Shown one piece after another: positions 9,722-20,073 of a stretch of 64,000 nt of DNA (position 1 is the first letter of the stretch; every line of letters begins with the position of its first letter). A program made the translations under genes and the position numbers. Source of the DNA: Bacteroidota bacterium (lineage in GTDB: Bacteria > Bacteroidota > Ignavibacteria > Kapaibacteriales > UBA961); the NCBI GenBank assembly GCA_020852855.1, contig JADZAA010000085.1:10713-74712 (forward strand), given 5' to 3'. The notes under the pieces are model-generated. The model was not told the origin of the DNA, searched no databases, and worked only from the letters and a program-made list of their open reading frames with translations.

Positions 9722-10489
9722 ATGACGCATGACGCAACGGCAAAACTTCGCGCAATAAATTTTAATGTACATTACGGCGAAAAGCATGCTCTACACGACA
9801 TTACTCTCGAAGTGCGCCCGAATAAAGTGGCGGCTCTGATAGGGCCGTCCGGTTGCGGTAAGTCTACGTTTTTACGCTCGATTAATCGTATGAACGATGT
9901 GATAGAAGGCGTGAAAACAAGCGGATCCATCGAAATTGACGGTGTAAATGTATATGATTCTTATGTTGACGTTGTGGAACTTCGCAAGCGCGTAGGCATG
10001 GTGTTTCAGAAGTCAATCCCGTTCCCGAAATCTATTTACGAAAATGTAGCCTTCGGGCTTAGGCTTGCGGGCAATACGGCAAAATCGGAACTCGACGAAA
10101 TTGTGGAGCAAAGCCTGAAACGTGCCGCTCTTTGGGGAGAAGTAAGCGACCGTTTAGATAAATCGGCTATGGGACTTTCCGGCGGACAGCAGCAACGACT
10201 GTGCATTGCGCGAGCAATAGCGGTGAACCCCGAAATACTACTTATGGACGAACCATGCTCGGCACTTGACCCTATTTCGACTGCTAAAATCGAAGAACTT
10301 ATCGAAGACCTGAAAAGCTCATATACGATTATTATCGTTACGCATAATATGCAACAAGCTGCGCGAGTAAGCGATGTTACAGGCTTCTTTTATATGGGAA
10401 GGCTTGTGGAAATGGACAGAACGCGCACTATTTTTACAAGCCCGGCGCAAAAAGAAACGGAAGATTATATAACGGGAAGATTCGGGTAA
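9722..10489 (+). CDS. pstB: Phosphate import ATP-binding protein PstB
   Basis: Walker [13 protein letters not shown] signature LSGGQQQRL and Walker B LLMDEP. Confidence 0.95.
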   Translation: MTHDATAKLRAINFNVHYGEKHALHDITLEVRPNKVAALIGPSGCGKSTFLRSINRMNDVIEGVKTSGSIEIDGVNVYDSYVDVVELRKRVGMVFQKSIPFPKSIYENVAFGLRLAGNTAKSELDEIVEQSLKRAALWGEVSDRLDKSAMGLSGGQQQRLCIARAIAVNPEILLMDEPCSALDPISTAKIEELIEDLKSSYTIIIVTHNMQQAARVSDVTGFFYMGRLVEMDRTRTIFTSPAQKETEDYITGRFG

Positions 10490-10592
10490 AACAATCTGCC
10501 CGAGAATTACCTGCTAACAAAACTGCGGATAATGAGCTGTTATCGATTTGCAAATCGAAAAAATAAATTCCGAGTATTAAATCATCAATTTT

Positions 10593-11285
10593 ATGCACCG
10601 TTCATTTGAATACGACCTCGAGAAACTTCGTACACGGCTTGTACGAATGGGAACTTTGGTTGAAGAACAAGTAGAATTTGCGTTCCGCTCTTTGTTTGAA
10701 GGCAATGCCGAACTTGCCCGCATCGTGGTGGAACGCGATGATAAAGTGGATAAGCTCGACTTGAAAATTGACAAGCAATGCCAACGTATCTTCGCGTTGC
10801 AACAGCCCGTTGCCAGCGATTTACGCCTGCTTTTAGCCGCCGTCAAAATCAATAACGAATTGGAGCGAATAGGCGATGTGGCGGCCGGAATAGCAAGACA
10901 ATTTCTGTTGCAACCCGATATTTCGGATATGGCTGCGGAATTCGGATTGGAACGTATAACCCAAGTTGCATTCCGCATGGTAAAGTCAAGTTTGGATTCT
11001 TTTATCAATCATGACCCGGAACTTGCGCGGCAGGTGCTACCCGCCGACGATACCGTCGACACGCTTGAACGCTCGATAATATCCGACATAATTGCTCGGA
11101 TGAAAACGGAGGTTGATTTTATCGAGTCAGGCGTGTCGCTGATAACTATTGCACGACGTATCGAGCGAATGGCCGACCATGCCACGAATATAGCCGAAAA
11201 TGTGATTTTTATGTTCGAGTCCAAACTTGTGCGCCATCACCGCTTCGATGACGAGGAGTCTGAGGGTAGCGGCGTAGACGAATAG
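10593..11285 (+). CDS. phoU: Phosphate signalling complex protein PhoU
   Basis: Two PhoU repeats with a conserved ExxxD-like organisation (ELERIGDVAA / IERMADHATNIAE). Lies immediately downstream of pstB. Confidence 0.9.
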   Translation: MHRSFEYDLEKLRTRLVRMGTLVEEQVEFAFRSLFEGNAELARIVVERDDKVDKLDLKIDKQCQRIFALQQPVASDLRLLLAAVKINNELERIGDVAAGIARQFLLQPDISDMAAEFGLERITQVAFRMVKSSLDSFINHDPELARQVLPADDTVDTLERSIISDIIARMKTEVDFIESGVSLITIARRIERMADHATNIAENVIFMFESKLVRHHRFDDEESEGSGVDE

Positions 11286-11350
11286 TTTTTTATGCGGACA
11301 GTTGCACTTGGCAGCTGAATCCAATATCTGAATGTAAGTGCAGTTTAATT

Positions 11351-14300
11351 CTAATCCGTAATAAACATCACATTTTTCCGCCCGAACAGAGCAAAAAGTT
11401 TTTCGGTTGTTTCTTGTGTCGGCGCAATTGGAACATTGCGCACCTCGAAGCCTGTTTTAGAACGTCGCGCCTCGTCGGTAATCCAAAAACGTATGCTCCC
11501 TTGTGCTTCACGCGAGGCACATTGAGCCATTATTTGCCGAATCGTTTCGGGTCGTATATTATCTTTATTTATGGTAATTACATACCCTTTTGCTTTGCGC
11601 TGTACAACGTCGGCTATCGGCCAAACCTCTTCCGCCACTATTTTTAATTGTTCGTTTTCCAATTTCGACTTTCCTTTAACTGCAATAATTGCATCTTGTT
11701 GCAAGTGATGTCCGAATTTTTTATAGGAATCACTCCAGAAAATACATTCTGCCTTACCGGAAAAATCTTCAAGAGTTACAAAGGCGATAGTCTGTTCTTT
11801 GCGGTCTAATTTTGAGCGTATGGCCGAAATTACACCGCAAACAATAATCGAATTGCCAACGGCAGGATTATTCGTTTCGCCGATCTGCATTGTGCAAAAT
11901 GCCTGAATATGGGCGGCGTAATTATGCAAAGGATGGCCGGAAAGATAAAAATTCAGTACTGCACGCTCACGTTGCAGTCGTTCGGTTTCGCTCCAAGGAT
12001 TCGCGTCTGGCAAGCGAGGTTCGGATTTTACCTGCGATTCGGGCGAATTTCCGAAAAGTGAATCCATATTGGCATCAGCCGAACCCGAAGATTTTTTGCC
12101 GAAATCGAGAGCCGTTTCTACAGCCTCGAAAAGCTGTGCGCGATGGCCGTTGCGCATTGAATCGAAAGCTCCCGCATTGATAAGAGCCTCAATCGCGCGA
12201 CGATTTACGTTCTTGGAATCTACACGCAAAACGAAATCGAAAAGCGAAGTAAACGGCTTGTCGGCACGTGCGGCGGCAACTGCTTCTACAGCGGATATGC
12301 CAACTCCTCTTACACCGGCCAAACCAAAAACAATGGTTTTGTCGTCTGCCGCCGAAAAAGTTGCGAAAGAACGATTTATATCGGGCGGCAGTACGTTGAT
12401 TTCCATAGTCTTACATTCATCAATCAATGCCGCTATCTTGTTTAGGTCGTCAAGCTCCGCGCTCATGTTGGCCGCCATAAATTCAGCCGGATAATGAACT
12501 TTTAACCACGCAGTTTGATAAGCCAAATAAGCGTATGCACAGGAATGAGATTTATTGAAACCGTAAGAAGCAAATTTAAGAACAAGGTCAAAAATCTCTT
12601 CGGCTGTTTTCTTTTCTACGCCGTTGGAGATTGCGCCCTCTACAAATTGGGCTTTTTGCTTCATCATCAATTGGTCGTCTTTTTTGCCCATGGCGCGTCG
12701 CATAATATCGGCTTGGGCCAGCGAGAATCCCGCAATGTCGCGCACAAGTTGCATTACCTGCTCCTGATACACTATAATGCCGTAGGTTTTATGAAGGGCA
12801 TTCTCCATTATCGGGTGCAGATATTCTATACTGCGCCGCCCTTGCTTCCGCGCTATAAACTCGGGGATATTATCCATCGGCCCCGGCCGATAAAGCGCGT
12901 TCATCGCAATTAAATCTTCGAGAGAACTCGGCTTTAATTGGCGTAAAGCATCCTGCATCGGCTCGGATTCAAACTGAAAAATGGCGAGCGTTTTTCCGTT
13001 ACCGAATAATTCATATACTTTGCGGTCTTCGAGGTCGATAGCGTCAAGGTCTATTTCTTTGTCGTGATTGCGTTTGATTTGCTCTAATGTATTGTCTATA
13101 ATCGAAAGCGTTCGCAATCCCAAAAAGTCCATTTTCAACAGCCCGGCATCTTCCAAATCCTTCATGGTGAACTGCGTGGCAACATCGGATTCGGGCGTTT
13201 TATACAGAGGCACATATTCCGATATATCTCCGGGTGCAATAACAACGCCCGCTGCATGAAGTGAAGAATTGCGTGCCATGCCTTCGAGGTTCGAGGCTAA
13301 CTGCATCAATTCTTTCAGCTTAGCATCAGTTGTTTCTTTCAGCCAGCGCAAATCCGGCAAATTGAATGCGTCGGCAAGCGGCGTTACTTTACCCATTACA
13401 ACGGGTATTTTCTCGGTTATTTCGTTAATTTCGGACAGTTGAATACCCAGAACACGTCCCACGTCTTTCAGTGCTGCGCGGCTTGAAAGAGTGCCGAATG
13501 TGATGATTTGCGCCACCGAATCATTACCGTATTTTTCCTTAACGTATTCTATTACCACATTGCGCTTATCGTCGCTGAAATCAACGTCAATATCGGGCAT
13601 GGAAACGCGGTCGGGATTCAAAAAACGCTCGAAAAGCAAATCGTATTTCAGCGGATCCACGTCAATAATGCGAAGTGCATAAGCCACAACACTGCCCGCG
13701 GCCGAGCCGCGCCCCGGGCCTACGCGAACTCCCTTTTTCCGTGCCGCTGCTATAAAGTCTTGGACTATAAGAAAATAGCCCGAATATCCCATTTTCTTTA
13801 TTACGTCCAATTCGTAATTTGCACGGTCTTCTATATCTTTGGTTAATTTCGGGTATCGTTCTTGCAAACCTTTCTGCGTAATTTCCGATAAATACTCGTC
13901 CAAATCTTTTGCCTTTGATTCCGGCGGAATCGGGAAAACCGGCATTTTCAGGTCGGATTTCAATTCTACATTACATTTTTCGGCAACTTCCAGCGTGGTT
14001 TCTATGGCGTTGCCGAATGACTTGAACAAGTCTTTCATTTCGTTTTGCGTTTTGAAATAAAACGCGGGCTTTTTATATCGCAGATTGTGAATATCAAGCG
14101 TTTCGCCTTTCGGCGGCGTTTCCTTAATCAGTTGCAGAACATTGTGCGCCGTGGCTTGGTCTTTGCGAATATAATGGCAATCGTTCGACACTATAAGTTT
14201 AATGCCAATTTCGGCCGCAAGTTTGGGTGCATAAGTCAGTACGGCTTCGTCTTCGGGCAGTCCGTGGTCTTGCAGTTCAATGTAAAAATCATCGCCGAAC

Positions 14301-14806
14301 AGCTCTTTGTACCATATAGCGGAACGTCGTGCTTCGTCGTAATTTCCCTTAATCAGCGGTGCATTGACAACGCCCTGCAAACACGCCGAGAGTGCTACCA
14401 ATCCTTCGTGATGGCGCATAAGCAATTCTCGGTCAATTCGGGGGCGGTAGTAATATCCTTCGGTATGCCCGAGTGTTGTTAATTTCATCAAATTGCGGTA
14501 GCCTATATCATTTTTGGCCAATAGCACCAGATGATAATAATTCATGGTACCTGCCGCCTTGTTTGTGGCTATGCGGTCGCGCCTGCCCGCGCTTGCTACG
14601 TATGCTTCGCAACCGAGTACAGGCTTTATTCCCGCTTTTTTGGCCTTCTTATAGAATTCGAAACAGCCGAACATAACGCCGTGGTCGGTCAATGCTATAG
14701 CAGATTGCCCGTCGTTTTTTGCCGCTTGTATCAATTGCTCGGGCGTACAGGCCGCGTCGAGCAGCGAATAATGCGTATGATTATGCAAATGAACGTAATC
14801 GCTCAT
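11351..14806 (-). CDS. dnaE: DNA polymerase III alpha subunit DnaE
   Basis: N-terminal PHP domain (HLHNHTHYSLLDAACTP). Conserved polymerase core. 1151 aa. Confidence 0.97.
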   Translation of the reverse strand: MSDYVHLHNHTHYSLLDAACTPEQLIQAAKNDGQSAIALTDHGVMFGCFEFYKKAKKAGIKPVLGCEAYVASAGRRDRIATNKAAGTMNYYHLVLLAKNDIGYRNLMKLTTLGHTEGYYYRPRIDRELLMRHHEGLVALSACLQGVVNAPLIKGNYDEARRSAIWYKELFGDDFYIELQDHGLPEDEAVLTYAPKLAAEIGIKLIVSNDCHYIRKDQATAHNVLQLIKETPPKGETLDIHNLRYKKPAFYFKTQNEMKDLFKSFGNAIETTLEVAEKCNVELKSDLKMPVFPIPPESKAKDLDEYLSEITQKGLQERYPKLTKDIEDRANYELDVIKKMGYSGYFLIVQDFIAAARKKGVRVGPGRGSAAGSVVAYALRIIDVDPLKYDLLFERFLNPDRVSMPDIDVDFSDDKRNVVIEYVKEKYGNDSVAQIITFGTLSSRAALKDVGRVLGIQLSEINEITEKIPVVMGKVTPLADAFNLPDLRWLKETTDAKLKELMQLASNLEGMARNSSLHAAGVVIAPGDISEYVPLYKTPESDVATQFTMKDLEDAGLLKMDFLGLRTLSIIDNTLEQIKRNHDKEIDLDAIDLEDRKVYELFGNGKTLAIFQFESEPMQDALRQLKPSSLEDLIAMNALYRPGPMDNIPEFIARKQGRRSIEYLHPIMENALHKTYGIIVYQEQVMQLVRDIAGFSLAQADIMRRAMGKKDDQLMMKQKAQFVEGAISNGVEKKTAEEIFDLVLKFASYGFNKSHSCAYAYLAYQTAWLKVHYPAEFMAANMSAELDDLNKIAALIDECKTMEINVLPPDINRSFATFSAADDKTIVFGLAGVRGVGISAVEAVAAARADKPFTSLFDFVLRVDSKNVNRRAIEALINAGAFDSMRNGHRAQLFEAVETALDFGKKSSGSADANMDSLFGNSPESQVKSEPRLPDANPWSETERLQRERAVLNFYLSGHPLHNYAAHIQAFCTMQIGETNNPAVGNSIIVCGVISAIRSKLDRKEQTIAFVTLEDFSGKAECIFWSDSYKKFGHHLQQDAIIAVKGKSKLENEQLKIVAEEVWPIADVVQRKAKGYVITINKDNIRPETIRQIMAQCASREAQGSIRFWITDEARRSKTGFEVRNVPIAPTQETTEKLFALFGRKNVMFITD

Positions 14807-15112
14807 AAATGTTCTTTCTTTTTAGGTCAAAATTGCAATTGCGGCGAGGGCGCGAGCTTTTTTCGTATTTCCGAAGAGAGTTTGGGTATAGCAGAGAAAA
14901 TACGCGGCTAAAATACGGCACAACGCCCATAAATCAAACATCTGTTGTGCCAAACACAAACAGGCCGCCGTATCTCTCTGCCTTGTACGCTGTTTTATTC
15001 CGAATGGGGCGAGAGGTTATTATATTTCGGTTTTTCTGCCGATATCCAATCTTCAAACGGAGATTTCAGCGGCAAATAAAAGTGTCGTCAACAAAAGAAT
15101 ATCGGTTGAAAA

Positions 15113-16207
15113 CTACGGCAAATAGAAAAATGCAATGCCGATAATCGCATATAAGCCGAGACAAAGCACACCTTCCATCCAGTGTGTTTCTCCGTCCTGT
15201 GCTATCAGAGTAAGCATCCACACACTTACGACCACCGAAACCACTTCGAAAGGCGTAAAAAGCAAGTCCATGGGATTGCCGAAAATATAACTGAAGAAAA
15301 CCAATACCGGTGCTACGAATAGTGCAATTTGAATACTTGAGCCAACGGCGATATTTATTGCCAAGTCCATTTTGTTTTTAACGGCCATTATAATTGCCGA
15401 ACTGTGCTCGGCGGCATTACCGATAATTGCCACTACAATCACGCCTATAAATACTTCGGTCATTCCGAACTCTTTTGCAGTATGTTCAACCGAACCTACC
15501 AATAATTCGCTGATGGCTCCAATAAAAGCTGTCGAGACAAGCAGAGTTATTACAGACCGTCCGACGCTCCATGCGGCATGCGTATGCTTTTGATTGCCGG
15601 GTGTTTTTTCATCGTCTGCCGTTACGTTGTTAAATAAATGCTTATGCGTGCGTAGCGCAAAAAACAGGTTCAGTGCGTAAATCAACGCAAGTACCACGGC
15701 AATATCGAAGCTAAGTTCGCGCTCTTGCGGGCGGCCTGTTTGCCCGGCAATAAAATCGAATACTGCAGGAATAATCAACGCTATCGCGCTGAGTGCCATA
15801 AGCGACGCACCAAGCCCGGCCGCGGTGCGGTCGAAATGCTGCCTTTCGCGTTTTATGCCGCCGGCCATAATGCTCGCACCCAGCACCAACAGCACATTGC
15901 CGATAATTGAACCGGTCAGAGAAGCCTTTACTACGTCGTGCAAGCCGTTTTTCAAGGCAATCAAAGCAATAATCAGTTCGGCTGCATTACCGAAAGTGGC
16001 ATTTAATAATCCGCCTATGCCCGGTCCCGCGCGTTCCGCAAGATGTTCGGTTGCCTCGCCCATTATTCCGGCAAGAGGAATAATCGCCAAGCATGATACA
16101 ATAAAAACCCACGTCGGGTCGGCATGAGTAAATTCGAGAATATATGCCGTCGGTACAAATACCAGCAACAGCATAAGAGGATTTATCGAGTAATTTCCTA
16201 TTTTCAT
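15113..16207 (-). CDS. Ca2+/H+ antiporter of the CaCA family (ChaA/YfkE-like)
   Basis: Two alpha-repeat GNAAE motifs ([10 protein letters not shown] and [10 protein letters not shown]). About 11 TM segments. Confidence 0.85.
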   Translation of the reverse strand: MKIGNYSINPLMLLLVFVPTAYILEFTHADPTWVFIVSCLAIIPLAGIMGEATEHLAERAGPGIGGLLNATFGNAAELIIALIALKNGLHDVVKASLTGSIIGNVLLVLGASIMAGGIKRERQHFDRTAAGLGASLMALSAIALIIPAVFDFIAGQTGRPQERELSFDIAVVLALIYALNLFFALRTHKHLFNNVTADDEKTPGNQKHTHAAWSVGRSVITLLVSTAFIGAISELLVGSVEHTAKEFGMTEVFIGVIVVAIIGNAAEHSSAIIMAVKNKMDLAINIAVGSSIQIALFVAPVLVFFSYIFGNPMDLLFTPFEVVSVVVSVWMLTLIAQDGETHWMEGVLCLGLYAIIGIAFFYLP

Positions 16208-16332
16208 AAAACTCTCCTGTGCGATGAGCGATTTCTGTAAAAATTCTGATTACGGCAGTTTCGGACGCAACTGCAATGTTCCGGTAAGTCGTTGGTTCTG
16301 ATTATAATACAAGTTGTTCCCATCGTAAGTTT

Positions 16333-17406
16333 TCATCTCGGAAATATGGCAGGATTCAGATGATTCGGTGCAAAACGCTCTACGCTGACAGTCGGTTCGC
16401 ATGCTGTGTCCGATATAAGCAAATCGGCAAGTTTTCGGGCGCAATAGGGTGCAAGTAAAGTAGCCTTCGCGCCAAGTCCGTTCAAAATAAAATGATTATC
16501 CGCTTCGTAATGTCGGCCTATGACGGGTTTTATATCGCGCATGGCCGGCCGTACGCCGGAATCGTGGGACAGTATTTCAAACGGTGCTTCAATCCATTGC
16601 CTAAGACATTCCAATAATTCCTCGCGTCCTTCCACAGTGGGTTCTTCGTCGGCAAAGTTCCATTTGTACGTTGCCCCTACACGAAACACACCGCGCTCGA
16701 ATGTCGGCGCGATGAGAATCTCGCGAGTAGCCACGCCCGGTATATCCAAATCGTCGGCGCGTATGGTCAGAATCTCGCCTTTGGCGGGAACGAACGGCAA
16801 ATATGACCACAGCGGATTGATTGCGGATCGCCAACCTTCGCACCAAACAACCGATTTTGCAGAAATGCCCGCCCACGTAATCCTATTGCCTTGCAAACAT
16901 TCTTCTATAAGCGCACTGTCGTTTATGAATATCGTTCCTTCCGTCCGCAAATATTGCTCGGCGGCAGAAAGGAAAGCCGGAATATCAATAAGTCCGCCCG
17001 AAATGATGATGCCTCCGTCCGAATTGCGCAACCCCGTAAATTGCTCTTCTTTGGTAAATTCTCGCTGTACGAAGCGGTTGCCGGTGTTTTTTCTTCCATG
17101 CCAAAAATTTTGGTCGCTATTGAAAAAAAAGCGAATTACAGGCATGGTTGTGAATATATCGCGGCCGAATATCTGCCCGCATTCCGTCCAGCAGCGTGTT
17201 GTTTCATCCAATACTTCGTCCGCTTTCCACGTAGGCGCGAAACGTCGCCCGGGAACCGGATTGAGAACACCCGCCGCTACACGCGAAGCCACGCGCGGAC
17301 GCGGTCTGTCGGCTATTGCCAGCGACATTCCACCGCGTTGCAACATCATCGCCAGCGTCATTCCGGCAATTCCGCCGCCTATAATCAATACGTCTACCTG
17401 CTTCAT
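16333..17406 (-). CDS. FAD-dependent oxidoreductase (DAO family; ThiO/MnmC-C-like)
   Basis: N-terminal Rossmann motif VLIIGGGIAGMTLA. DAO-like length. Confidence 0.65.
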   Translation of the reverse strand: MKQVDVLIIGGGIAGMTLAMMLQRGGMSLAIADRPRPRVASRVAAGVLNPVPGRRFAPTWKADEVLDETTRCWTECGQIFGRDIFTTMPVIRFFFNSDQNFWHGRKNTGNRFVQREFTKEEQFTGLRNSDGGIIISGGLIDIPAFLSAAEQYLRTEGTIFINDSALIEECLQGNRITWAGISAKSVVWCEGWRSAINPLWSYLPFVPAKGEILTIRADDLDIPGVATREILIAPTFERGVFRVGATYKWNFADEEPTVEGREELLECLRQWIEAPFEILSHDSGVRPAMRDIKPVIGRHYEADNHFILNGLGAKATLLAPYCARKLADLLISDTACEPTVSVERFAPNHLNPAIFPR

Positions 17407-18912
17407 TTATGCTCTCCCAAAAAGTTCGGTAAGCGAGCGCAAATACGCCCAATCAGATGAGCGGTCGGTTGTATCCATGCGCCAAGTCCAATTTCCTTTG
17501 GCTACGCCGGGTGTATTCATTCGCGCTTCCGTGCCAAGTCCGAAAATATCTTGCACCGGTATTATCACAAGTTTTGACGGCGAGCGCAATGCCAACTGCA
17601 AAAAATATCGGTGAACGGACGAAACGTCGAGAGTATTTCCGATATAAAGTTCCAATCGTGCACGTTGTTCCGGTGATGTTTCGCGGGCAAACCAGCCACT
17701 TGTCGTATTATTGTCGTGCGTTCCGGTGTATAATGCGCAATGCTCGCCTATATTATGTGGCGCGTAGGCGTTGCGGGCTACGTCGTCGCCAAAAGCAAAT
17801 TGCAATACTTTTACGCCGGGCAAATCAAAATTCGTCAAAATTTCGCGGACATCGGCAGTTATAGTTCCTAAGTCTTCGGCTATAAAAGGCAATGACGGGA
17901 AATTTCGCGCAACGGTTCGCATAAAATTATTGGCCGGAGCTTCTGTCCATTCGCCGTTTTCGGCAGTAGATTCGGCGGCAGGAATACTCCAATAGGCAAT
18001 TAAACCTCTGAAATGGTCTATCCTTACTAAGTCGAACATAGAAAGTATGCGACGAAATCGCCGCAGCCACCAAGTGAAACCGTCGGCTTTCATAGCGTTC
18101 CAATCATAAATCGGGTTGCCCCAGCGTTGCCCCGTTTTGCTGAAATAATCCGGCGGTACGCCTGCCACTCGTAAGGGGCGTTTGTGCGAGTCCAACAAGT
18201 AATTTTCGGGTTGCGACCAAACGTCGGCACTGTCGTAATTCACATAAATCGGAATATCGCCGATAAGCCGAATATCATGTGCGTTGCAATATGATTTCAG
18301 AGAGTTCCATTGGCGAGAAAACAGAAATTGCAGAAATATTTCATATTCAATGTGTTCGCGTAGCCCGCCGCGTGCAATTTCAAGGTTTTTAGGGTTGCGG
18401 TCGCGTAAATCGGCCGGCCAATCAATCCAAGATTTACCGCCGAAATGAGATTTTAATGCGGCAAAAAAAGCGTAATCTTCCAGCCACGAACGATTCTCCT
18501 CAAAAAAGCGGTCAAATTCAGCAGCAAATTGTTTGACGTGCTTTTGAAATTGTGCGAACGCTTTATGAAAAATGGCTGTTTTCCACGAAGAAACGGCTGT
18601 AAAATCGGCTCTGCAAATTGGAAAATCGGGCGTGTCGGCTAGGTCCTTTTTCGAGAGAAGTCCTTGCTCTGCAATTAGTTCAGGGCTGATAAACAACGGC
18701 GCGCCGGCGAATGCCGAAGGACTGGAATACGGTGAAAAACCGCTGCCTGCATCGGCCGGCGTAACGGGCAACATTTGCCAAAAACGCTGGCGTGCAGAGG
18801 CAACCGTGTCGGCAAATCGGTGCGCACCCGGCCCCAAATCGCCCACGCCGAAACGCGACGGAAGCGAAGTTATATGTAGCAATACGCCTGACGAACGTTC
18901 TGGAAATCGCAT
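17407..18912 (-). CDS. malQ: 4-alpha-glucanotransferase (amylomaltase, GH77)
   Basis: N-terminal SGVLLHITSLPS, the conserved start of the MalQ family. About 500 aa. Confidence 0.9.
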   Translation of the reverse strand: MRFPERSSGVLLHITSLPSRFGVGDLGPGAHRFADTVASARQRFWQMLPVTPADAGSGFSPYSSPSAFAGAPLFISPELIAEQGLLSKKDLADTPDFPICRADFTAVSSWKTAIFHKAFAQFQKHVKQFAAEFDRFFEENRSWLEDYAFFAALKSHFGGKSWIDWPADLRDRNPKNLEIARGGLREHIEYEIFLQFLFSRQWNSLKSYCNAHDIRLIGDIPIYVNYDSADVWSQPENYLLDSHKRPLRVAGVPPDYFSKTGQRWGNPIYDWNAMKADGFTWWLRRFRRILSMFDLVRIDHFRGLIAYWSIPAAESTAENGEWTEAPANNFMRTVARNFPSLPFIAEDLGTITADVREILTNFDLPGVKVLQFAFGDDVARNAYAPHNIGEHCALYTGTHDNNTTSGWFARETSPEQRARLELYIGNTLDVSSVHRYFLQLALRSPSKLVIIPVQDIFGLGTEARMNTPGVAKGNWTWRMDTTDRSSDWAYLRSLTELFGRA

Positions 18913-18923
18913 ATAACGGTTTG

Positions 18924-19214
18924 TTATTTCAATACTTTCGGAACTTTGAAGAATACGTCGTTGTGCTTTGGAGCATTGGCTAATGCCTCGGCTGTCGAAA
19001 GCGACTTTTCCGCAACATCTTCACGAAATACGTTCTCTGAATGTACAACGTGAAGCAAAGGCTCCACGTTTTCAAGATCAAGCTGCTCGATAACACCTAC
19101 GTATTCGAGCATTTTATCGAATTGCAACGCAAAAACCTCAAGTTCTTGTGCATCGAAATTCAAACGTGCCAAATCGGCCACGTCTTTTATGGCATCAGTT
19201 TTATCTTGATTCAT
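18924..19214 (-). CDS. gatC: Asp-tRNA(Asn)/Glu-tRNA(Gln) amidotransferase subunit C
   Basis: 96 aa. Conserved LARLxxxxxE...NVxREDV...ALxNAP pattern. Confidence 0.85.
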   Translation of the reverse strand: MNQDKTDAIKDVADLARLNFDAQELEVFALQFDKMLEYVGVIEQLDLENVEPLLHVVHSENVFREDVAEKSLSTAEALANAPKHNDVFFKVPKVLK

Positions 19215-19265
19215 TTTTTTTCTGTTTCAAATTAAATGCGAAATTATTTTTCGGAAATTCGATGA

Positions 19266-19997
19266 TCAGCTTTCTGTTGCGCCACGTTTAGCCAATGCGT
19301 CGGCGTAATCGTTCCATTTATTGCCACTGTGAGCCGCCACTTTATGCCAGCGAACGGAAATTCCGCAAGAGCGAACAAAATTCGCGTAGTTTTGGGTAAG
19401 CGGCTGTAATGTTTTCCATTTTCCGGTTGCCCATGCTTCTATGCCGGCATAATCGTAAAAAATATCAATTTCCGACACATTATTTGCACCGCACCATTGC
19501 AATATTTTCCCGACCGCGAATAATTCACCGGCTACCTGCCGTGCCGTAATATATTCAGGATTATTCACACCGCCGAAAACCTCAAAAATAATCTCGTTAT
19601 TATGCTCGATTACTGCACCGAAGCCTACTTTGCCGCAAAGATAAGAACCGTCTGCGAAAGCGCGAAGCGGCGATGAAGAATATTTTTGCTTATGACTTGC
19701 CGGCTTCTCTTGCGTGCCGGATGCGCTTTGCGCAAGGAAATTATCTATTTTATTTGCGATGTCTTCCGGTAAGTTCTTAAACGGCTTTATGCTGAACGCA
19801 TTGCGTTTTGGAGAATAATACAGTGTGAATGCACCCGATTTTATTTTATTCGTACCAATTATTTCCGCTTGTGCCGAATATTCTCTGAACGATGATTCTA
19901 TTATACTTAACACCAAGCCGAATTGCAAAACAAACTTTTCTGTTTCTTCGAGTTTTTGTCGCAATATAAAATGATGTTCAGGCATATTGTTACGCAT
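19266..19997 (-). CDS. RNase H-like (RNase HI fold) protein with an uncharacterised 110-aa N-terminal extension
   Basis: C-terminal half carries the RNase HI catalytic constellation in order: FADGS (D), AGELFA (E), DIFYDYAG (D) and HKVAAHSGNKWNDYAD (H, D). The N-terminal domain has no motif I recognise. Confidence 0.55.
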   Translation of the reverse strand: MRNNMPEHHFILRQKLEETEKFVLQFGLVLSIIESSFREYSAQAEIIGTNKIKSGAFTLYYSPKRNAFSIKPFKNLPEDIANKIDNFLAQSASGTQEKPASHKQKYSSSPLRAFADGSYLCGKVGFGAVIEHNNEIIFEVFGGVNNPEYITARQVAGELFAVGKILQWCGANNVSEIDIFYDYAGIEAWATGKWKTLQPLTQNYANFVRSCGISVRWHKVAAHSGNKWNDYADALAKRGATES

Positions 19998-20073
19998 TAT
20001 GTTTCGCGCATGAAATTGTGGAAATAATTAGAAAAAACACGGGGATAATATTATTTGCCGTAAAAATATTCTT

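Noticed and set aside
12069-14482. Multiple 60-145-aa + strand ORFs
   Set aside because: All lie inside the dnaE coding region on the opposite strand. dnaE is unambiguous.
16520-17614. 364-aa ORF on the + strand
   Set aside because: Lies entirely antisense to the well-supported FAD-oxidoreductase/malQ genes. Ser/Arg-rich low-complexity translation with no motifs. Typical antisense shadow ORF.
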